A stretch of DNA of 64,000 nt, from assembly GCA_038087875.1 (NCBI GenBank), contig CM075979.1, positions 75,826,001-75,890,000 of the forward strand, read 5' to 3'. Below, piece by piece: positions 35,818-46,006 of this stretch. The position numbers and the translations under genes were made by a program. This stretch comes from Malacoraja senta (Eukaryota). The notes beneath the pieces are model-generated. The model was given only the letters and a program-made list of their open reading frames with translations, did no database searches and was not told the DNA's origin. Numbering within the stretch: position 1 is the first letter of the stretch; each line of letters begins with the position of its first letter.

Positions 35818-37990
35818 TAGATACATAGGCAATAGGTGCAGGAGTAGGCCATTTGGCCCTTCGAACCAGCACCACCATTCAATGTGATCATGGCTGATCA
35901 TCCACAATCAATATCCTGTTCCTTCCTTCTCCCCATATCCCTTGATTCCACCAGCCCTAAGAACTCTATCTAACTCTCTTTTGAATGCATCCAGTGAATC
36001 GGCCTCCACTGCCTTCTGAGGCAGAGAATTCCACAAATTCACAACTCTCTGTGTGAAAGAGTTTTTCCTCATCTCTGTTCTAAATGGCCTACCCCTTATT
36101 CTTAAACTGTGGCCCCTGGTTCTGGACTCCACCAACATCGGGAAAAATTTTCTGCATCTAGCAATCCCTTAATCCAATCCCTTAATAAATTTGTATGTTT
36201 CTATTAGATCCCTTCTCATCCTTCTAAATTCCAGTGTATACAAGCCCAGTCGCTCCATTCTATCAACATATGACAGTCCCGCCATCCCGGGAGTTAACCT
36301 CGTGAACCTTCGCGGCATTCCCTCAAAAGCAAGAATGTCCTTCCTCAAATTAGGAACCAAAACTGCACACAATACTCCGGGTGTGGTCTCAACAGGGCCC
36401 TGTACAACATGCAGAGGACCTCTTTGCTCCTATACTCAACTCCTCTCGTTATGAAGGCCAACATGCCATTAGATGTCTTCACTGTCTGCTGTACCTGCAT
36501 GCTTACTTTCAGTGACTGATGTACAAGGACACCCAGGTCTCGTTGTACTTCCCCTTTTCCTAACCTGCCACCATTCAGATAATAATCTGCCTTCCTGTTC
36601 TTGCCACCAAAGTGGATAACCTCACATTTATCCACATTATACTGCATCTGCCATGCATTTGCCCACTCACCCAACCTGTCCAAGTCACCCTGCATTCCCA
36701 TAGCATTCTCCTCACAGTTCACACTGCCACCCAGCTTTGTGTCATCTGCAAACTTGCTAATGTTACTTTTAATTCCGTCATCTAAATCATTAATTTATAT
36801 TGTAAATAGCTGCAGTCCCAGCACCGAGCCTTGCGGCATTCCACCAGTCACTGCCTGCCATTCTGAAAGGGACCTGTTAATACCTACTCTTTATTTCCTA
36901 TCTGTCAACCAATTTTCTATCCATGTCCATACCCTTCCCCCAATACCATGTGCTCTAATTTTGTTCCTCCTTACTCATGCCTCCATAGTCCCCATTGTTC
37001 AACTGCATTACTGACATTTCCGATTTTTCCTATTACATCTCAAATTGCAGATTAAAACATCATATTATGGTCACTACCTCCTAATGGTTCTTTTACCTTG
37101 AGTTGCCTTATCAAATCCAATTCATGACGCACCAAATTCAGAATTGCCTTTTCCCTGGTAGGCTCCAGTACAAGCTGCTCTAAGAATCCATCTCGGAGGC
37201 ACTCCCTTTCTTGGGGTCTAGTACCAACCTTATTTTCCCAGTCTACCTGCATGTCGAAATCTCCCATAACCACCTTTGTTACATGCCAATTTTAACTCCT
37301 GATGCAACTTGCACCCTATCTCCAGGCTACTGTTTGGGGGCCTGTAGATAACTCCCATTAGGGTCTTTTTACCCTTACAATTTCTCAATTCTATCTACAA
37401 TGACTACATCTTTTGATTCTGTGTCACCCCTCGCAAGGGACTGCATTTAATTCCTTACCAACAGAGCCACCCCATCCCCTCTGTCCACCTGTCTGTCTCT
37501 TCGATAGGACGTATACCCCTGAATATTCAGTTCCCTGCTCTGATCCTCTTGCAGCCATGTCTCTGTATTTCCCACATCATACTTACCAATTTCTAACTGA
37601 GCCTCAAGCTCATCCACTTTATTTCTTATACTTCACATATTCATATATAACACTTTTAATTCGGTGGTACACAAAAATGCTGGAGAAACTCAGCGGGTGC
37701 AGCAGCATATAGATGCTGCTGCACCCGCTGAGTTTCTCCAGCATTTTTGTGTACCTTTGATTTTCCAGCATCTGCAGTTCCTTCTTTAACACTTTTAATT
37801 CGGTATTCACCTCCCCTCTCACACGGGCTCCTATTTCACCTGACCTTGCTCTCTTATCCCTTCTTGAACTTTCCGTCCCATTAATTTGGGTCTTTCATAA
37901 CTTTTCTTGTACTCTCTTCCCCTTTAACTCCATCCTTATAGTCCCAATTTGTCAACCCCTCCCCCCCGCTATTTATTTTAAATCCACCCG
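35818..37990 (-). mobile_element. CR1 LINE, internally deleted (RT 3' half joined to endonuclease region), with nested Penelope-derived insertion
   Basis: ORFs 36345-36722, 36169-36372, 35908-36138 (RT/C-term) and 37052-37273 (MGDF..VDW, PTREKAILNL, GSDHN; APE domain). Confidence 0.9.
37666..37786. mobile_element. Penelope-derived fold-back insertion with 18-bp TSD
   Basis: Perfect 43-bp stem 37666-37755; TSD TAACACTTTTAATTCGGT at 37648-37665 and 37787-37804. Confidence 0.85.
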
Positions 37991-38789
37991 TAAAAGTGAG
38001 CTGCACCAAGGTTCCTATTATCGACTGTCTTTTGTATTAACTTCAATTACTGGCAAGTTTCTCTCAGATTAGGTTCACTCCCCTGTGGTTAACCTTTTGC
38101 CTATGAGGGGTTTTAATTGTTGCAAGACATTAGTAATGTGCAAGAGCTTTTATTGCAGACTAAAGGGTGCCAGTATGCATGTCAATTAAAAAATAAGCTG
38201 CATTTATCAACTTTTTTCCCCATCTATCTACCTAAGCTAGTAACTGCATGTTACTAATATCTATGAACAATTCAGTCCCCTCATGGACAAAAGGTTAACC
38301 AGCAGAGGAGCAAGTTTAAAATGATAGACACTTCCCAATAATTACACTTTAACTTGTAATATAAAAACTGAACTCTTAGTCTAAATATTAGACCTCTCCA
38401 AAGCCTACACATCCTACCTGTATTGGGCGATCAGAACTGCACATACTTAGTTGGATTTGGCACGGAGACAGATTGTTCGTTTCATAATAGTGCTTATGGT
38501 GCATTTTGGTTCACCACCTGATTTGGACCTCCTTTCTCGACCTTGAAATATATCCTGTAACCCTTCACCCGCCTTCTTGTTGCTTCAGTACTCTGCATGA
38601 GTGAAAGCCCAACCTACCGGAAGCACAATACAAACCTTGGCTCTGACATTTGCTGCCATCAAAGTACAGGGCAGAAGTTGCAACAGGAGTGGGGGCTGGA
38701 AAAGAGCGATGGAAGTGCATGTGCAAGAGGCACAATTGGTGGAATGTATCAATTAGTCCAATAAAACTTAAATTATATTGGTATATGTG

Positions 38790-38994
38790 GGAAGGCACTG
38801 CAGATGCTGGTTTAAACCAAAGTTTGACACAAAAAGCTGGAGTAATTCAGCGGGTTAGACAGCATCTCTGGAGAAAAGGAATAGGTGACGGTTCGAGTCT
38901 GAAGAAGGGTCTCGACCCGAAACGTCACCTATTCCTTTTCTCAGGAGATTCTGTCTGACCCGTTGAGTTACTCCAGTTTTTTGTGTCTATCTTC
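38790..38994. mobile_element. Penelope-derived fold-back element with hammerhead-like core at its centre
   Basis: Inverted arms flanking CTGAAGAAGGGTCTCGACCCGAAACGTC (38899-38926). Confidence 0.8.
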
Positions 38995-39145
38995 AAAATA
39001 TTGTTATCCTATTTTTGTTTAGTTAAATTGCAATTGCTTTTTTAAAAGTCTATTGCAATCCACAATTTTACAAAATTAACAGTAAGTTTTTAAGACTTTA
39101 AAATGTTTGTTTTAGTGAGTTTTTTCTGTTTTAAATATTCACGAG

Positions 39146-39267
39146 GCATTCTTGACAAGAGTGGCTAAGATCCAACCAGGAACTGAAGGGATTCTGACGG
39201 CTGGGGTCATTGTACGCCTGTCCCAGTGCCAGGTCTATGATCATCGGCCTGAAACTGAGTCACACAG
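39146..39267 (+). CDS. NUP205: NUP205 coding exon 22/32 (GAG acceptor)
   Basis: cacgag|..|gtaagg; AFLTRVAKIQPGTEGILTAGVIVRLSQCQVYDHRPETESH. Confidence 0.9.
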
Positions 39268-40820
39268 GTAAGGAGTGCTAATGGAGTCTGAGAATTCCAT
39301 TGTTAGTTTCAATGTAAAAATGTATTACCATTACCATTCAATGTAATGGTTTGTGTTAACGTGCTGAATTATCATATTGACTCTGGTTGTAATGCGTGGA
39401 TTCTGCGTCCAACTCTAAAACCATCATGAGGTGGGCATAGAATTTAATTATTAGGATTTCAGTTTTGCTGTTTTGTTTGGCTTGTGTGAAAATTTATGTG
39501 CAATGTGACGAATAAAACTGATTGATTGATTGATTGATTGAAATCAGTAGGAATCTTTATAAAATATCAATTTAAAATAAAGGCTCTAGGAAAAAAATGT
39601 GGATTTATTTGTCACCTTCCTCAAAAAATAGAGAAGACACTTTATCTGGTTATTTTGGAACTACTATTGCTACAAATGGGATAAATGCAGAACAATTCTG
39701 GCAGTTTAAAACTGGGCAATTGTGACGCACTGGGAAGTAGCATAATTATATTCCATCACAATCTAAGCTGATGAGCAAGCATGTTTCCTTGCTGCACTAT
39801 CACAGCCTAGCCGGGTCATCAACCTGAAACCTGATCATGTACAAAAGCAGCGTGCAAACGGGATGGAGATCCACATCCTGGGTGATACAGAGCCCAAGAA
39901 ATGATGCCAGAGAATTAACGGAAGCATTATCAACTACCCTTGCCAAAAATGCCATGTTGATGGTCCTATTCATCACTGAAGGCAGCCTTCAGCCAGTTTG
40001 AGTCACTGCAAGAAATGGCTCAGAACACTGCTTACAAAAATATCCAAGATTTGACCAGATTCTGTCTATAGTATTGAAAATGTGGGATTGAGACCAGTGC
40101 TCTAATCGTGTTGTTCCAGCAAAAGTACAACACAGGAATCAATCCGTCTGTAAAATCTACGTCTTACCCACAGTAAGCCTGACAAATCCAACCAGCTAAT
40201 TACTGTTTAAGTGATCTTCTCTGTAATCCATGAAGTGATGAAAAGTATGGTCAATGGTGCTATGCAAAGCCAATTTAATACCATAAAAGTTGGCTCCAGG
40301 TGTACCTAAAATAGAAGTGCAAGTAGTTCTGCTATAAGTAGTCGTGAAAACATGCATAATAGAAAATCAAGTTGTAAAGACAATTGTGTCATGGGAAAAG
40401 GGAGTTTGGGACAAGTGTTTCAGACTTGCAATAACAAAGTCATTTTTCCTGCAGAATTTTCAAGTATGTCTTTCCACAGCCATGTTATTTTTTGTTACTG
40501 CAAGCTAAAAAGACGAAAGTCTGTGTATTACATTGTTTAATGAGCATTGTTGCACAAGTGTCAATAGAAGCTGTGTTCTTAAGAGTAAATGGTGTCTGAT
40601 TACTGCAGGGATGCTATATAGAAACAATTTTTGTCCTTATTCTGTTTAAATCCAAGACATCTTTCTGCTTGTCAATTTCCAAAGTAATATTTTAGTAGTT
40701 CTCTGGTTCCAGATTTAAAATCGTGTTACAACCAATTTATATAATGCAAATAATATTCCCTTATTCATCACTGACATTATATTCAGCATCTTATGGAAAT
40801 GCACATTATAGCAGAATTAA

Positions 40821-41698
40821 AGGTAGACACAAAATGCTGGAGTAACTCAGCGGGTGAGGCAGCATCTCTGGAGAGAAGGAATGGGCGACATTTCGGGTTG
40901 AGACCCTTCTTCAGATTGATATCAGAGGAGGGGCGGGACACAGATAGAATGTAGCCGGAGACTGTAAGACTAATGGGAGAACTGGTAACGGGTAGGGGAT
41001 GAAGAGAGAAAGCAAGGGCTATCTGAAGTTAGAGGAATCAATGTTCATACCGCTGGGGTGTAAACTACCCAAGCGAAATATGAGATGCTGTTCCTCCAAT
41101 TTGCACTGGGCCTCACTCTGACAATGGAGGAGGCCCAGGACAGAAAGTCAGATTGGGAATGGGATGAGGAGTTGAATTGCAGAGCCACCGGGAGATCAGG
41201 TAAAGTTAATGAGCGGAGATGTTCAGTGAAACGATCACCGAGCTCGTGCTTGGTCTCGCCGATGTAGAGAAGTTAACACCTGGAACAGCGGATACAATAG
41301 GTGAGGTTGGAGGAGGTGCAAGTTAACCTCTGCCTCACCTGGAAAGACTGTTTGGGTCCTTGGATGGAGTCGAGGGGGGAGGTGAAGGGACAAGTGTTGC
41401 ATCTCCTGCAGTTGCAGGGGAAAGTACCTGGGGAGGGGGTGGTTTGGGTGGGAAGGGCTGAGTTGACCAGGGAGTTGCGGAGGGAACTGTCTCTGGAAAG
41501 CAGAAAGGGGTGGAGGTGGGAAGATGTGGCCAGTAGTGGGATCCCGTTGGAGGTGGCGAAAATGTTGGAGGATTATATGCTGTATACGACGGTTGATGGG
41601 GTGGAAGGTGAGGACAAGGTGGACTCTGTCCTTGTTACGAAGGGGGGAGGGGAAGTAAGAGCGGAGCTGCTGGATATCGAGGAGACCCTGGTGAGGGC
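40821..41698 (-). mobile_element. Penelope-like element 3' part: GIY-YIG endonuclease remnant plus terminal repeat
   Basis: Minus strand: LVLTFHP..RIQHIILQHFRHLQRDP; PGTFPCNCRRCNTC; TCTSSNLTYCIRCSRC..LYIGETK..LGDRFTEHLRS; 3' end carries the fold-back family repeat. Confidence 0.88.
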
Positions 41699-41985
41699 TA
41701 CCTGTACTCAGGCTTCTCATCTTTTCCTCCTTCAGTTTATCTGCTCTGTACGTTTCCTTGCTCTTCATTTCTACAAGGGTTGCAAAACTGTTTGAACAAG
41801 GGAACCATTACGATTTTTAAAAGACATTAGGACAGGTACATGGATAGTAAAGGTTTTGGGGGGTGTGGTCCAGAAACAGGCAAGTACGACAAGCTGGGTT
41901 AGGCGACTCAGTTGGCAAGTTAGGCCAAAGGGCCTGTTTCTGTGCTTAATGGTTCAATGAATAGAACACATGTCTTTTTTTACAG

Positions 41986-42124
41986 TATGCTTTGCATCAG
42001 AGACCCATTGGGATTTATTCCGGCCCCTGTGGAAAGGTATCGGCAGATCCTGCTCCCGGCTCTTCAGCTTGTTCAGGTGATGCTAACCACCAGCACAGGG
42101 AAGCATCATCAGGCTGCGAGTCAG
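41986..42124 (+). CDS. NUP205: NUP205 coding exon 23/32
   Basis: ttacag|..|gtaagg; MLCIRDPLGFIPAPVERYRQILLPALQLVQV...AASQ. Confidence 0.94.
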
Positions 42125-42822
42125 GTAAGGACATCTAAACAGTGGGGAAATGTGGTTTAAAATTGTGAAATCAGACACTCCGCAGTCTTCCGATCCTTAC
42201 CAAGTAGTTTTGCAGATGAAGTGAATTAGTTGTGGAAGTGATCCTTGACCATGGCTATTTGTGGGTGCAATTCTGCCAGTGAAGTATTTGTTTGATTGCG
42301 GATTGTTGAATTGCGTCTGCAATTAAACCTGCAGAACAAGAGTAAAGCAGGCCAGCCTAAAATGTGTAAATTTACCGAAATAATTTACTTCAGAATGTTT
42401 TCAGGGTTGTTTGGATTTCTAAATTCAGTTAGAGAATTGCAGTTGCTAGTTAGCATTGTTTGTTGAGAACCTGGAGAAATGAGGGCCACCCCAAGACCAC
42501 ATCCTGAGTGATGTTAAATGTCTCAGCAGCACAAAAGATCCAGGGCACTTTTCAGGAAGAGATAAGTTCTCCGAATCCTGCCTGATTATACTTTGAATCA
42601 TCATCAATCATCACAGGTTGTCTATTCATTATCGCATCATTGGTTATAAATCGTGTCATGAGTTATTGTTCTTCATTGTTAACATTGCAGTCGTGATTAC
42701 ACTTTAAATACTTAATTGGCTGTAAATACATTTTGTAATATTTTTAGGTCATAGGGGGGACTATTTAAATGCAAATGTTCCTTCTCCTCATCTGGTTATA
42801 ATGATGATCTTCTCTGAAACAG

Positions 42823-42949
42823 GTTCTACAGTTCCTAATTGCTCATTCAGAACCCATCCAGGCCATCCTACGTTGTCAGGAGATAACTGCTGGGTCCTTG
42901 CGTGAACTGGCACTTTTAACAGGCATTATAGGCAAAACAGCCTTACCGG
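42823..42949 (+). CDS. NUP205: NUP205 coding exon 24/32
   Basis: aaacag|..|gtaaga; VLQFLIAHSEPIQAILRCQEITAGSLRELALLTGIIGKTALP. Confidence 0.94.
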
Positions 42950-43615
42950 GTAAGAAATAATGTCATAGAGTTGTATAGTATAGAAACAAGCCGTTTGGTT
43001 TACTGCATCTATGCAATTGTCTGATCGTTTAATCTTAGCCTCTTGCATCATTCCTTGATATCATCTTAGCATTGTTAATTACTTTGTAGAAAATTTGTAC
43101 TTAACGAGAACTCTGTATTGTGCAAATCATGTGGCAATTTAGAGTTTGTGAAAGATGGTAATAATGCATAGTCGGGTATCATCAGTGTAAGTCTGGATTG
43201 ATGTAAGTGGCTGATAACTTGAAGTATAACACGAAGAGTATCAAAATTTGACCCGGAAAGTTTAATACGTTATTGACACTGTCTATCAAAGTTTACAGAT
43301 GAGGAACGGGTAAGTATACAAAAGTTGTGAAATCGCACCTCATCGACAATCCATGCTTTATCAGAGGACCTACACTTTGTAGGGAAGCAGTCTACTCAGT
43401 GACATTTCTAGTTACATTGTCATAAGGGTCATTGAACCATACTGAATGGAAAGAGGGCCTTCGGCCCTACTTGCCCACCTACACTAGTCCCACTTGCCCA
43501 GGCTTGGCCCATACCATCTAAACCTTTCCTATCCACATACCTGTCCAAATATCTGTTAAATGTCACAATGACATTAATGTGAATAATCAGTTAATCTCGT
43601 CTTTTACTATTTCAG

Positions 43616-43692
43616 GTGTGGTAAGTGAAATAGAAGCAGAAGGCAATTTTGGTACAATTGTGGAACTTAGAGGTCATATCGGACGTTTCCAG
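43616..43692 (+). CDS. NUP205: NUP205 coding exon 25/32
   Basis: tttcag|..|gtattt; VVSEIEAEGNFGTIVELRGHIGRFQ. Confidence 0.92.
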
Positions 43693-44460
43693 GTATTTAT
43701 CTTTGTATTTAAATGCTTGGTTCTTCTTGCTCTCCCCTCTCCACTCACCTTTTGATCCACATCTCCTACATTGCCCAATCAGTGTTATATTTTTCGGGCT
43801 GGTTCTCGTCTACATATGTTCCCACTACTTCCAATGCTAGGATATTCTTCCTGAGGTGCGATCCCCAGAACTGAATGCAGTAGCCCAAATATGGTCTAAC
43901 CAGAATGTTACAGTATATACCTAATATAATTTCTACCACATTCTACCGTCAGCTCTCTTGTGATAAAGGCCAACACTGTATTTGCCTTTTCAATTTTCCA
44001 ACCTGCTTGCTAGATTAGGTGTTAAAATCTATCTATTTTACGTGTTAATCTTCAGCCTTGACTGCTGAGGTTGGTGGTTTGAGATTTATTATTTATAGGC
44101 AGCAACTCCAGCATTCATTGCCTGTCCCTAGTTGGGCTGATGGTGCCCCATATCCTTTAATTTGTTTGCTGAAGGCAATCCAACAATGGTGTTGGATAGC
44201 AAATTTCAAAATTTAAACCCAGCAAAAATAAAAGAACAATGATATATTTTAAAATTAGGATAGTGAGTGACTAAGAGAGGAACTTTTGTAGATGTGCAGA
44301 TTTCTATGTGCCTGTTACTCTTGTCCATCAATGTGGTTGAGATTGTGGGTCTGGGAGGTGTAAACAAATTAGCTGCATACCAGCTAAAGTTACTGAGCAA
44401 CGTTGGTAGAGGGTGAGAATGTTTAAGGTGATGCTTGAGGTGCTAAATATATGGGCAAGC

Positions 44461-45392
44461 TTTAGACAATAGACAATAGGAGCAGGAGTAGGCCATTCGC
44501 CCCTTCGAGCCAGCACCGCCATTCAAGGTGATCAGGGGTGATCATCCCCAATCAGTACACCGTTCCTGCCTTCTCCCCATATCCTCTGAGAGCTATCTTT
44601 AAGAGCCCTATCTAGCTCTCTCTTGAAAGTATCCAGAGAACCGGCCTCCACCGCCCTCTGAGGCAGAGAATTCCACAGACTCGTAACTCTCTGTGTGAAA
44701 AAGTGTTTCCTCATCTCTGTTCTAAATGGCTTACCCCTGATTCTTAAACTGTGGCCCCTGGTTCTGGACTCCCCCAACATCGGGAACATGTTTCCTGCTT
44801 CTAGCGTGTTCAAACCCTTAATAATCTTATATGTTTCAATAAGATTCCCTCTCATCCTTCTAAACTCCAGAGTATACAAGCCATTCTCTTAGCATATGAC
44901 AGTCCCGCCATCCCTGGAGTTAACCTTGTAAACCTATGCTGCACTCCCTCAATAGCAAGAATGACCTTCCTCAAATTAGGGGACCAAAACTGCACACAAT
45001 ACTCCAGGTGTGGTCTCACTAGGGCCCTATACAACTGCAGAAGGACCTCTTTGCTCCTATACTCAACTCCTCTTGTTATGAAGGCCAACATGCCATTCGC
45101 TTTCTTCACTGCCTGCTGTCCTGCATGCTTACTTTCATTGACTGATGAACAAGGACCCCCAGATCCAGTTGTACTTCCCCTTTTCCCAATTTGACACCAT
45201 TTAGATAATAATCTATCTTCCTGTTTTTGCTACCAAAGTGGATAACCTCACATTTATCCACATTAAACTGCATCTGCCATGCAGTAGCCCACATACCCAA
45301 CCTGTCCAAGTCACCCTGCATTCTCATCCATCCTCCTCACAATTCACACTGCCACCCAGCTTTGTGTCATCTGCAAATTTGCTAATGTTACT
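44461..45392 (-). mobile_element. CR1 LINE 3' end (young)
   Basis: ORFs 45106-45327, 44852-45109, 44532-44879; (agacaat)n tail on + strand. Confidence 0.92.
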
Positions 45393-45622
45393 TTCTCCAG
45401 GATGGCCTGATATTCTTGAGTGTGTTTGGAGCTGCACTCATCCAGGGCAATGAAGGGCATTCTACTACATTCCTATAGATAGTGGAAAGCTTTAGAGAAT
45501 CAATTTGAGTCTTTTGCAACATGGTTCCCAACCTCTGACCTGTTCTTGTGACCAATGCATTTATGTGGCTGTACTGATTAACTTTCTCGTCAGTGGTGAG
45601 ACCCAGGATGTTGCTGGCAGAA

Positions 45623-46006
45623 CCAAAGATCCTATAGCAAACAAGATAGATCACTCGACGAAAAAGACGTAGTATGGTCATGGGCAAATTCATGGGTAAT
45701 TTTCAGCCCCATTTCCGTAACCGGCTTCCGTCTACGCACCAAAGATCCCATAGGATACTAGTACGGAGACGGAAGCCGGTTACGGAAACATCCTCGTAAA
45801 AATAAAAGTTATTTGGGAAAAATCTTCTCATTTTCAGAATTATAATTTATTAACACAAACTGTTCCCCCGCAACGTTGATTACACTGTGATTCAGGTCGG
45901 GTTACTGAAATGGATGAAAAAAAGGGCCACGCTCCGTTGCGTACTACACGTCAGCCCATTGCATTTAAAAGGAGAGGTCTATCTTGCTCCGCTATAGGAT
46001 CTTTGG
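45623..46006. mobile_element. MITE (non-autonomous DNA transposon) with ~30-bp TIRs
   Basis: TIR CCAAAGATCCTATAGC...CAAGATAGA at both ends; GCAGAA duplicated on both flanks. Confidence 0.85.
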
